A program made the position numbers and the translations under genes. A stretch of DNA of 17,932 nucleotides from a virus: UHGV virus genome UHGV-1599718, one strand, 5' to 3'. The notes under the pieces were generated by a model, which worked only from the letters and a program-made list of their open reading frames with translations, was not told the origin of the DNA and did no database searches. This document shows, in pieces, positions 7,232 through 16,397 of the stretch (positions are counted from its first letter, which is position 1; each line of letters opens with the position of its first letter).

Positions 7232-7354
7232 CTACTTGCTGCTAATGTTTATCGTCACATTCAGAGCGTTATCAGTAATCTTCCAACCCTCCCCATGTGG
7301 CGTAAACAAAGCTCCAGTAACAACGATAAAAATACACATACAGTATTTTTTCAT
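7232..7354 (-). CDS. possible small hydrophobic peptide (40 aa); speculative
   Basis: Internal ATG of ORF 7232..7414 gives MKKYCMCIFIVVTGALFTPHGEGWKITDNALNVTINISSK; ends at the minus-strand face of the 7210-7225 terminator. Weak RBS. Confidence 0.2.
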   Translation of the reverse strand: MKKYCMCIFIVVTGALFTPHGEGWKITDNALNVTINISSK

Positions 7355-7752
7355 TGTATGGCCCTTACAGGCCGTTTCACGGCATCCCCACCGACGAAAA
7401 CAACGCGAGAGCAAGCACGGCTGCTTGTGCTTGCATGTACGGCAACGGAGAATCCTCCCCTAAAGTCGGTGCCCGGGTGCGAATCGGCGGGAAGGTCCAC
7501 AGGTATTTTACGATTATTTTAAGATTAGTAATAGGAAAGAAATTAAACGAAAAAACTCGTTTATTTTCACAAAATCAGTAACCTACCCACAATCTGTGAG
7601 TTTGCAGGCACAACAAGAACCACAATTTTTTGAAGCATAATAGTGGACTATTATTACCTTTTGGGTAAAATTAACTTGCTGCTTGTGCTTGCGTGGTTGT
7701 TTATACAACAACGTAATGCTGAAAGGACCGCGAATCCGATCAGCACGAAAGA

Positions 7753-7779
7753 ACCGTCCTCAATAGGGCGGTTTTTTTG
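7753..7779 (+). terminator. intrinsic terminator candidate in a non-coding region
   Basis: accgtcct-caat-agggcggt (one G-U pair) followed by TTTTTTT. Confidence 0.5.
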
Positions 7780-7925
7780 TTTCTGCCTACCAATAAACCC
7801 ACGCTATGTGGTTGTCTCTGTTAAAATCCCGCCGTATTGACATGAATGCGCCATTGGTGGACACTTTCCGAGCCGTAGCAAAATCTACGGTCGGGATTGG
7901 AACCCCGATAATCATCATGGCGCAT

Positions 7926-7946
7926 ACCGCGTTAGCGGTTTTTTTA
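7926..7946 (+). terminator. intrinsic terminator candidate in a non-coding region
   Basis: accgc-gtta-gcggt followed by TTTTTTT. Confidence 0.5.
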
Positions 7947-8110
7947 TGCGTAAAGCACTGCTACACCCAAATTATGGTGGGGCGTGCGGGGGAGTCGTAA
8001 GACTCGCCGGATTCCATGGTGACCGGTAGTTCCAACCCTGTACGTCTCACCACCCAATGATTGGAACCAGACGGTGGTGAGTATCCTTAACCTTTAAGGG
8101 AACTATCACC

Positions 8111-8302
8111 ATGACAAACTTACCCCATGACTATTACGTCAACCTCGTAAAGATCCTTCTCAAGAAAGCCTCATACGCCGATAAATTACGCTTGGCTGAA
8201 ATCATCGAGCGCGAAGCTATGCGCATCGCCAGCAACGATAACGCTGTTTCTGACGCAAAAATCTCCCTCGTAACCAAAGTAGTTATGGGAGGTGCAAAAT
8301 GA
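8111..8302 (+). CDS. small hypothetical phage protein (63 aa)
   Basis: ORF whose TGA overlaps the ATG of the downstream Rha-like gene (ATGA); weak RBS. Confidence 0.45.
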   Translation: MTNLPHDYYVNLVKILLKKASYADKLRLAEIIEREAMRIASNDNAVSDAKISLVTKVVMGGAK

Positions 8303-9441
8303 AAACGCTTCCGACCGTTAACACCCTACAGCCTATCCTGCATAACCAGATCCCCGTTATCACTAGTGAACTTCTGGCGCAGTTATACGGAACAAAAATC
8401 AAAAACATTTCTGATAACTTTCTGAACAACTCGACGCGATTCGTAGCCGGAAAGCATTACTTTAAAATTGAAAAAAACGAATTACGCGAGTTCAAGAACA
8501 GACCCGAAACAATCGGGTTAGTTGGTAAAAATGCCCGCTCCCTAATTCTCTGGACCGAACGCGGGGCTGCACGTCACGCTAAAATGCTCGAAACCGATCA
8601 GGCGTGGGATGTATTCGAACGGCTGGAAGACTGCTATTTCAACCAGAACGCGCAAACGGCCGCGACCGTAACCGTCTCGCCAAACAATGCTCGTGAGGTT
8701 GTCGATACGCTCAACGCCAAACCGATGTTTTACATTAAGGTGTGCAATAACGAGCCACTCACAACCTCAGCCGATGTTGCCCAGGCATTCAGCACCACAA
8801 ACAATTCCATCGTTATGGCCATCGATGCGTTACGCATTCCTCGCACAGCTGCGGCACGTCATTTCTTTAAAGAGCAACGACCGCTGGAAGGAAGCGACCG
8901 CGAAATAACAATCTATCGCATGACAAAAGATGGATTTACCTTGCTCATGGAAAGTATCGACGGTCCAGGCGTGAAAGATATCAAGCTGGCCTACATTGAA
9001 GCCTTTAACGCTATCAGCAGCGTGTTAAAAACACAGTACGAGCGTGATCTGGCTAAACGACTGTACCAGGAAAAAACGATTATCCGCGCGGCAACAGAGC
9101 ATAATCGGCTATTAACGGAACCGAACTACAGGAAGGAACTAATCAAGGAGTTTGACAAGGCAACAGGGAAAACCAAAGCGGCGCTAAATCTGCCAGCAAT
9201 GACTCAGGAAAATGTGATATCAGCCTTACTTCTTGATCTGCTCAGAAACGCCAGAGCACTTATCAGCTTTGACGAAAACCTGAATCCTCAGCTCAAGCTA
9301 CTACCACCGACAGGCAAAGTAGTCGACCAGGCTGATCACAACAGCATACTCAGCGTTCTGGATGCAAACCTGCCAGCCAGGACACTACAGGATCTGATAA
9401 AAACATGTGCTGATAAGCTGGCACAGAAAAGCAGACCATAA
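8299..9441 (+). CDS. phage regulatory protein Rha family, antirepressor-like, with N-terminal ORF6N/KilA-N-like domain (380 aa)
   Basis: GGAGG RBS. N-terminal region (IPVITSELLAQLYGTKIKNISDNF ... SLILWTERGAARHAKM) resembles the ORF6N domain. Central region (PLTTSADVAQAFSTTNNSIVMAIDAL ... ITIYRMTKDGFTLLMESIDGPGVKDIKLAYIEAFNAI) resembles the Rha domain. Confidence 0.75.
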   Translation: MKTLPTVNTLQPILHNQIPVITSELLAQLYGTKIKNISDNFLNNSTRFVAGKHYFKIEKNELREFKNRPETIGLVGKNARSLILWTERGAARHAKMLETDQAWDVFERLEDCYFNQNAQTAATVTVSPNNAREVVDTLNAKPMFYIKVCNNEPLTTSADVAQAFSTTNNSIVMAIDALRIPRTAAARHFFKEQRPLEGSDREITIYRMTKDGFTLLMESIDGPGVKDIKLAYIEAFNAISSVLKTQYERDLAKRLYQEKTIIRAATEHNRLLTEPNYRKELIKEFDKATGKTKAALNLPAMTQENVISALLLDLLRNARALISFDENLNPQLKLLPPTGKVVDQADHNSILSVLDANLPARTLQDLIKTCADKLAQKSRP

Positions 9442-9447
9442 CTACAA

Positions 9448-9465
9448 GGGGCTACGGCCCCTTAC
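9448..9465 (+). terminator. stem-loop, candidate terminator after the Rha-like gene
   Basis: aagggg-ctac-ggcccctt 6 nt after the stop, followed by a T-rich stretch. Confidence 0.5.
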
Positions 9466-9637
9466 TCTTTTCTCTCTTATCAACACCAGAGACTTTCTGA
9501 AAATCCTTTCGAATAGCGTCAGCGTCACGCGCCAAGCCCATACTGGAACGTGTCGCCATATGACGAAAATGATCAACTGCCGGAAACAAAGAAATAATGG
9601 ACCCAATAGCTTGCAGCAAACTCGCTTTTCTACGCAT
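9452..9637 (-). CDS. possible small protein (61 aa); speculative
   Basis: ATG at 9637 with GGTGGA about 7 nt upstream gives MRRKASLLQAIGSIISLFPAVDHFRHMATRSS...; lies in an otherwise ORF-poor region. Confidence 0.2.
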   Translation of the reverse strand: MRRKASLLQAIGSIISLFPAVDHFRHMATRSSMGLARDADAIRKDFQKVSGVDKREKSKGP

Positions 9638-10180
9638 AATAATTCCACCATAACCGATAACCACCCTTCAGACACAACCCCCCCTCCCCCCATACAGGGT
9701 GCCCTTTACCGGAGTTCCGGCCCCTTCTCAAAAGCATCAAAAAAAGCTCGAGATCGAGTACCGGAACTCATGCCACCAGATAGCTCCACATCGTTTCCAA
9801 TGCTTCGCCGCCGTGTGCGCCCTGTGGCCCACAATCATGCCATTGGTCGTCTGATATACCTTCTTCTGCTCATAGAGCACAGGCGAGTTGTCGCACTCCT
9901 GCCTTTCTCAGACTCGACTTAGTTTAGATCGCTGTTCCTGGCTTGCGTCAGCACACTTTCCCCTTGTACGCATACCCGCGCGCCACTCCGCCCAAAAACA
10001 CCGAACCCAACGAAGTGGCAAAGACAACGACGCGAGCGTGAGTCTGAAATGGGCACCAGTAAAAAAGGGGTTGCAGGCGCAAAAAGATTTGATTATCTTT
10101 AGACGCAAGAAAGCCGCCCCAATCAAGAGGTGTCTTTTTAAATCCAGCCTACCAAGCAAGATTTAAATTTCAGACTGAAA

Positions 10181-10198
10181 ACCGCCCGGCAAGGCGGT
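10181..10198. terminator. bidirectional intrinsic terminator
   Basis: accgcc-cggcaa-ggcggt with an A-run before and TTTTT after; downstream of the minus-strand HTH gene and of whatever is transcribed rightward from the 9700-10180 region. Confidence 0.5.
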
Positions 10199-10250
10199 TT
10201 TTGTCTTTCTGGCGCTTACATTACACCACCATAAAACGATCCGTAAAGGA

Positions 10251-10523
10251 TCATTTGTTCCCTTGTTCCAATTCTGCCGACACTTTAACCTTTTCCCATA
10301 CAAGGGTTTGCAGCCTTAACAGAATCGCGTCTTTATCAAGGTGTGAAAGATCCTTCACCATATCGTCAAACGACAGAACGCGAATGGCCATCTCAATGAC
10401 CCTCGGCGGCTCCCCCTTCTCATATCGCTTATATGTAGCCAACGATATCCCAAATTCTTCGGCGGCTCGCTCCTGCGTCCAGTTCACCCCACGACGCCAT
10501 AATTTCAATTCATAACCCGTCAT
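10251..10523 (-). CDS. small HTH (XRE/Cro-like) DNA-binding protein (90 aa)
   Basis: ATG at 10523 preceded by GAGGAGGA at 5-nt spacing (the track start at 10556 is TTG). HTH-like segment WTQERAAEEFGISLATYKRYEKG. Confidence 0.6.
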   Translation of the reverse strand: MTGYELKLWRRGVNWTQERAAEEFGISLATYKRYEKGEPPRVIEMAIRVLSFDDMVKDLSHLDKDAILLRLQTLVWEKVKVSAELEQGNK

Positions 10524-10552
10524 AGCATCCTCCTCGCACAATATTAACACTC

Positions 10553-10577
10553 GCAAAGTGTCAAAATGACACTTTGC
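10553..10577. promoter_or_regulatory. perfect 11-bp inverted repeat GCAAAGTGTCA-AAA-TGACACTTTGC
   Basis: Sits between the 126-aa gene stop (10587) and the HTH gene start (10523); a 15-nt half-copy (tcaaaatgacacttt) recurs at 2223-2237 at the 3-prime end of the Q-like gene. Confidence 0.45.
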
Positions 10578-10586
10578 GCATTGTGT

Positions 10587-10967
10587 TTACTTAACGAGGA
10601 ATAAAAATGGTTTATTGTTCGGCGGTGTAATCGCGGCTGGCTCGCTTTTGCTCATGCGATCAGTGTACCAGGCCAGCTCCTTGTCAAAGTAAGCCTGATT
10701 AAAATAGGCAATGAATGTAGTTTCAAATCCATAACGGCCGCTAATACGCAGCATCTGATTGCCGTTCTCTGTTTCCAGATATACCTGGGCACGTTCCTGA
10801 TTCTCCTTCAGCCAGGTTAAAGCCTCATCGCATGAGGACACACGATACTCATCATCGTAGCAGTCATCGATGCGGCTTGAGGAAGAACGGCAAATCACGC
10901 CAACAGAACCAGCCAGGATAGTTTGAATTTTAAGGAAAGCGTTTTTGCGGATTTTAATCATGCTCAT
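10587..10967 (-). CDS. hypothetical protein (126 aa), unknown function
   Basis: ORF with ATG at 10967 immediately downstream of the second copy of the conserved leader. Confidence 0.65.
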   Translation of the reverse strand: MSMIKIRKNAFLKIQTILAGSVGVICRSSSSRIDDCYDDEYRVSSCDEALTWLKENQERAQVYLETENGNQMLRISGRYGFETTFIAYFNQAYFDKELAWYTDRMSKSEPAAITPPNNKPFLFLVK

Positions 10968-10974
10968 CGGGTTA

Positions 10975-11063
10975 TCTCCGGTTTAACCAGGGCGGGTATC
11001 GCTCGGTTTCGGGTATAACCTTAGGAAATTTCTTCCCACCTGTAAAGCACTTTTTATATAAAT
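10975..11063 (-). promoter_or_regulatory. conserved 89-bp promoter/5-prime leader element, copy B
   Basis: Differs from 2074..2162 at 2 positions, and the similarity continues about 13 bp into the adjacent AT-rich repeat; the flanking coding sequences are unrelated. Confidence 0.55.
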
Positions 11064-11086
11064 ATATAATTATATAATTCTATGAG
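11052..11086. promoter_or_regulatory. AT-rich operator-like repeat, copy f
   Basis: ttttatataaatatataattatataattctatgag. Confidence 0.4.
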
Positions 11087-11095
11087 CACAAAAAA

Positions 11096-11115
11096 GCCCC
11101 TTTGCAACAGGGGCT
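11096..11115 (-). terminator. intrinsic terminator of the toxin-antitoxin operon
   Basis: agcccct-ttgcaac-aggggct; on the minus strand the stem is followed by TTTTTTGTG, 16 nt after the antitoxin stop. Confidence 0.55.
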
Positions 11116-11130
11116 TATCATTCGTTCTGA

Positions 11131-11430
11131 TCAGATGTTAAACGCTATTCGTTTTCCTGTGGGAAGCTCAACATCCAGGCTTAATTTGCCTCCCATAGCT
11201 TCAACGTAACGCTTTAATGTCGCCAGCTTTAAATCATTTCCGCGCTGCTCCAGCTTTGTTACTGCTGGCTGGCTTATACCCATCGCCTCAGCAACCTGTT
11301 TTTGTGATAACTGGAGTTCTTCACGCATCATCTGCAAGCCGACCTCAAGAATCATCTCATCTGCCATTTCTTTAATTCGCGCCTGGCTTTCCGGTGAACG
11401 GCTGGCAATCGCCTCATCTAATGTTCTCAT
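11131..11430 (-). CDS. HTH (XRE-type) antitoxin, HigA-like addiction-module antidote protein (99 aa)
   Basis: HTH segment LQLSQKQVAEAMGISQPAVTKLEQRGNDLKLATLKRYVEAMGGKL; start overlaps the toxin stop (TAATG). Confidence 0.7.
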   Translation of the reverse strand: MRTLDEAIASRSPESQARIKEMADEMILEVGLQMMREELQLSQKQVAEAMGISQPAVTKLEQRGNDLKLATLKRYVEAMGGKLSLDVELPTGKRIAFNI

Positions 11431-11777
11431 TACTTGCTCTCCAGTGTGTTCAGATGTGCTGCAAACTCATCCTCAGCTATACGCACCAGTTTTTCATAAA
11501 ACCGCTTATCGTTACTTTTGTCTCCTGCACAAAGAACGATGGCCCGGCGAATCGGATCGAACGCATAAAAGGCTCTTATCGGACGGCCAGAAAACTGAAC
11601 GCGAAGCTCTTTCATATTTTTGTACCGAGAACCTTTTACGGTATCGGCATATGGCCTGGGTAACTCAGGTCCGTAAACCTGTAGCTTTTTCAAATCAGCC
11701 AAAACCTTTTCCTGAAGAGCGTCTTCTTGCTCATTTAGCCAGTCGTCAAATCGCTGGCTAAAAAGTACCGTCCACAT
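11430..11777 (-). CDS. RelE/ParE-superfamily toxin, HigB / Gp49-like addiction-module killer protein (115 aa)
   Basis: ATG at 11777 with AGGA RBS (the track start at 11783 is TTG). Motifs WLNE..., RAFYAFDPIRRAIVLCAGDK, FYEKLVRIAEDEF and the toxin-first gene order match HigB-type killer proteins. Confidence 0.7.
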   Translation of the reverse strand: MWTVLFSQRFDDWLNEQEDALQEKVLADLKKLQVYGPELPRPYADTVKGSRYKNMKELRVQFSGRPIRAFYAFDPIRRAIVLCAGDKSNDKRFYEKLVRIAEDEFAAHLNTLESK

Positions 11778-11786
11778 GCTCAATCC

Positions 11787-11833
11787 TATAACCTGTAGTT
11801 TATATCACTAAGTATATAACCTGTGAGTTATAA
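11787..11833. promoter_or_regulatory. candidate toxin-antitoxin operator: two copies of TATAACCTGT(A/G)AGTT(T)ATA
   Basis: tataacctgtagtttata (11787-11804) and tataacctgtgagttataa (11815-11833, containing the inverted pair TATAAC ... GTTATA) just upstream of the toxin start. Confidence 0.45.
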
Positions 11834-12021
11834 TTTCAAGAAAAACGGGGCTATTTAACATAATGGTCGTTATCGGCACCACCGGATCACCGTTCATTGT
11901 CGGATCTAAAAAATCCGCTCAAAAGATCATGTTTTCCTGGGCGTTTTCCACCGTTTTTTATGTTGCTTATTTGTTAATAAAATCTCGTTTCCAGTTTCGC
12001 CTTATTTTCGACGCGAAAGCC

Positions 12022-12285
12022 CTATTTTTGTGACTTTACTCCTGGCATATGGACTTCCCAGCGCCGAATCCCCATAGCTGCGCAAAAATCAGCCACATAA
12101 TTCAATCCCGCCCATTCGCGGATACCACCACGGGCTTTTTCAATGAAAACGGCAATCCCTTTTTTATTGAGAGCAAAAAGCCGCCAGCTTTTTGTCACTT
12201 CGTCCTGGGTAGCCACAACACAAGTGAAAGCTCCCATGCGATACAGGTCCAAGAACTCTTTGCGTGTTTTGCGTACAAGTTCCAT
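12022..12285 (-). CDS. hypothetical protein (87 aa) separated from its native RBS and promoter by the IS21 insertion
   Basis: ATG at 12285..12283 (MELVRKTRKEF...) lies 2 bp from the IS left end. When the IS and one duplication copy are removed by eye, a GAGG RBS sits about 7 nt upstream. The longer track ORF (start 12348) reads into the IS terminal repeat. Confidence 0.5.
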   Translation of the reverse strand: MELVRKTRKEFLDLYRMGAFTCVVATQDEVTKSWRLFALNKKGIAVFIEKARGGIREWAGLNYVADFCAAMGIRRWEVHMPGVKSQK

Positions 12286-12388
12286 AATGTTAGCGCCAGT
12301 GATATAAGACGGTAATTCACCATTTGGATTGTCCGCTCCACCCAACATGTTGTTTCCTTAAGGTTCCCACACCAGAAAGGACATCAAC

Positions 12389-14358
<1,970 letters not shown>

Positions 14359-14443
14359 CGAAAGTATTTTAGCGGGCATGAAAATGGCAAATAACGGTTA
14401 AAAATCGTGGCGTTGACAATAACAAACCTCATATTTGCATGTT

Positions 14444-14731
14444 TCAAACATCTGTTTTGTTATCAATGAAGATTAACCCTAACCCAGCGAAGTAACACAG
14501 CAGCGCCCAGGCTGCATACGGAATGCTGGATCTGGATGTGGACTCCTTTAACATCTGCCAGTTGCGAACATTGCGACTATCTTTTAAGCCAAGTTTTTTG
14601 GCCAACTGCGAGCCGCTCATTCCGGTCAGGCCAATGACTGCCCGAACTTCTCCACACGTAGGTGATTCCCATTCATCCGCTTTTTTTAAACAAGCCGGAT
14701 TCAACATTTTTAAAACAGTATCTTTATCCAT
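14444..14731 (-). CDS. HTH DNA-binding protein with hydrophobic C-terminal segment (about 95 aa)
   Basis: ATG at 14731 with GGAG about 7 nt upstream. HTH-like segment IGLTGMSGSQLAKKLGLKDSRNVRNWQ; C-terminal IPYAAWALLCYFAGLGLIF looks like a membrane anchor. Its stop lies 25 bp from the IS21 right end. Confidence 0.5.
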   Translation of the reverse strand: MDKDTVLKMLNPACLKKADEWESPTCGEVRAVIGLTGMSGSQLAKKLGLKDSRNVRNWQMLKESTSRSSIPYAAWALLCYFAGLGLIFIDNKTDV

Positions 14732-14761
14732 AACCATCTCCATTTATTACATCTACGATGG

Positions 14762-14802
14762 TAGGAAATCTTTTCCTATGTGGCAATAGAAATTTACCAC
14801 AT
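14762..14802. promoter_or_regulatory. operator-like palindromes upstream of the 14444..14731 gene
   Basis: Perfect palindrome TAGGAAA-tct-TTTCCTA (14762-14778) and dyad ATGTGG-N13-CCACAT (14778-14802); TAGGAAATC recurs at 14832-14840. Confidence 0.35.
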
Positions 14803-15129
14803 TTCGTATAAGACAAGTTTTCTATACCTAATAGGAAATCATGATTCTTACGTTTTATCGCGTTCTGATGGCTACTGTGTGCGTATTTATCGACGTTTAT
14901 TGATAAAGCTCACCCCTTCCTCCTGCAAAGCCCGGCCGTAGGCCTTATTTCGGCCTTATATAAATTGATTTTGTATAGTTCGAAACGCGCCGTTTCGAAA
15001 AGGATGATCAGGCTGCTCCATGCCTCCGGCAAGTGCCGGAGGAGGTATATTTGAGCGTAGCGATTCGAACCGGCGCGAGCTTTAGCTCGCTGCAAGGGCG
15101 AACATATTCACAGGCAAAGCCTGGGTAAG

Positions 15130-15370
15130 TTAAATAAAGAAAGTCTTAATAAAAGAAAGTGATTTTGCATTTATTTGTTTAGTGCATCTATTATAAAAAA
15201 CCATTTGCATATATGTATCAAAACTGTGGATAACTTTATTAGCCGATGCCTGTAAAGGCGATATTTTCGCTGTGTTCAGGTTTAGAGAAAATTAATTTAG
15301 ATTGTTTTTTGAACAGGTATTTTATTGCGACGTAGATAATCCTCCGGTAAAACCGGATTCATCATTCAGG
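15130..15370. other. putative replication origin region of the IncFII-type replicon (AT-rich, DnaA box, short direct repeats)
   Basis: Lies immediately downstream of the RepA stop. TGTGGATAA (complement TTATCCACA, the DnaA box consensus) at 15225-15233; AAAGAAAGT at 15136-15144 and 15152-15160; ATTTGCAT repeated. Confidence 0.4.
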
Positions 15371-15374
15371 TGGG

Positions 15375-16223
15375 TTAATGTTGGAGTGATTTCCAGGTCT
15401 TTCTTAGCCTGTTATAACGCTGCTCAACGAGGGATCGTAAATATGCAAGGTCAGCACCAGGATACATGCCATCAGCAAATTCCTGACTAACCTCTCTGGT
15501 GATTTGATGACGAAGTTCGGCCTCTCCCTTTTCACGAACAAGACGCGCAGCTCTCTCCGCTGCTTTCTGTTTTGCCTTTATCTCTCTGGCCGTCTTCCTC
15601 TGACGCCATACATTCTCCATCTGCTCCTGAATAACAATACGCTTATAATCAGCCTCCGTTATCGCTTTTTTAAGCCGTTCGCTATTCTTCGCATTGAAGT
15701 AATTAAGTTTCTGGCTAACCGCACGTCTCCATGCTTGTTCAGTAATACCAACGGTTTCCAGCAGTTGATCACGAATCTCTATTTTCGCTGGCCAATACTG
15801 TTTATTCACCCGATCCCAGCGACGTTCATAATCAATAAAACCTAACGCTTTCAGTTGCGACAACGCCCTTGTACAGCGCGTTATAGACTTGTTCCCAGCT
15901 TCGGATACGGTAGACAGGCCGCAAAAATCAGCCAACGCCTCAGCACTGGCCAGAACCCGCTTAGAAATGATGTTTACATGGTGCAAAATCGCAGCAATCA
16001 CAGCATTAATCGCCCGACGACGATGCTCGTTTATCCGGCGTTTCCGCTCTGACGGTTGATTAACGTAGAACGCAACCTCACACGTAAGATCACGACCATT
16101 AATGCGCTGTAAAGCATCAGATAATACCAGCGGCAGCTTGTGCGTATGGTGCTTTGGAGGCTGGAACTCCGGCGACAAATTACAAACGTAAGCTGAACGT
16201 AGAGACGGCATTGGTCTATCCAT
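15375..16223 (-). CDS. repA: IncFII-type plasmid replication initiator RepA (RepFIIA family, about 283 aa)
   Basis: Segment RRRAINAVIAAIL ... ADFCGLSTVSEAGNKSITRCTRALSQLKALGFIDYERRWD aligns by eye with R100/R1 RepA1 (RRRAIDALLQGL ... AIECGLATESAAGKLSITRATRALTFLSELGLITYQTEYD). Start placed at MDRPMPSL (16223); an in-frame upstream ATG at 16361 would add 46 aa and may instead be a leader ORF. Confidence 0.8.
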   Translation of the reverse strand: MDRPMPSLRSAYVCNLSPEFQPPKHHTHKLPLVLSDALQRINGRDLTCEVAFYVNQPSERKRRINEHRRRAINAVIAAILHHVNIISKRVLASAEALADFCGLSTVSEAGNKSITRCTRALSQLKALGFIDYERRWDRVNKQYWPAKIEIRDQLLETVGITEQAWRRAVSQKLNYFNAKNSERLKKAITEADYKRIVIQEQMENVWRQRKTAREIKAKQKAAERAARLVREKGEAELRHQITREVSQEFADGMYPGADLAYLRSLVEQRYNRLRKTWKSLQH

Positions 16224-16267
16224 ATGTTCGCTCTTGCGTCCACGGAAAACCAACGTATAATGGGAGT

Positions 16268-16353
16268 TGTCGAGGCGCCCATGGATTGTTGTTGGTTTTT
16301 GTTTCTTTCCGTGGATGTCGCAAGAAGCCCGCAGATTTATCTGCGGGCTTTTT
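16268..16353 (+). ncRNA. candidate CopA-like antisense RNA of the repA leader
   Basis: Plus-strand TTGCGT (16234-16239), 16 bp spacer, TATAAT (16256-16261), then about 85 nt ending in the hairpin agcccgcag-atttat-ctgcgggct plus TTTT (16326-16353). Antisense to the region upstream of the repA start. Confidence 0.45.
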
Positions 16354-16397
16354 GTTTCCATATCTGGTCACTTTTCAACCAGACACCCACAATCATA

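Noticed and set aside
7236-8000. Plus-strand ORFs 7236..7463, 7295..7522, 7354..7581, 7643..7840 and 7806..8000
   Set aside because: Mutually overlapping frames with no RBS; two of them read through strong intrinsic terminators. The region is treated as non-coding or sRNA-bearing.
7960-8080. Possible tRNA or tmRNA-like sequence
   Set aside because: No T-loop (GTTCRANYC) or acceptor-stem pattern could be found.
8687-8908. ORF 8687..8908 inside the Rha-like gene
   Set aside because: Embedded alternative frame.
9407-10166. ORFs 9407..9922 (171 aa), 9442..9693, 9888..10166 and 9908..10159
   Set aside because: Low-complexity translations overlapping the Rha terminator and each other; no RBS. 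Only the 61-aa minus-strand frame (9452..9637) was kept, at low confidence.
9700-10200. Possible retron-type msr/msd non-coding RNA
   Set aside because: No reverse-transcriptase gene nearby and no clear long flanking inverted repeats; structure could not be verified by eye.
12286-12348. N-terminal extension of the 12022 ORF (MLGGADNPNGELPSYITGANI)
   Set aside because: These codons are encoded by the IS21 left terminal repeat, so they are an artefact of the insertion rather than native coding sequence.
14523-14789. Plus-strand ORF 14523..14789
   Set aside because: Antisense to the HTH gene and runs into its operator region.
16224-16361. Treating the 46-codon in-frame extension as part of RepA (328 aa)
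   Set aside because: The similarity to IncFII RepA1 starts near MDRPMPSL and the extension is covered by the predicted antisense RNA, so a leader ORF is more likely; left as an alternative because it cannot be resolved from sequence alone.
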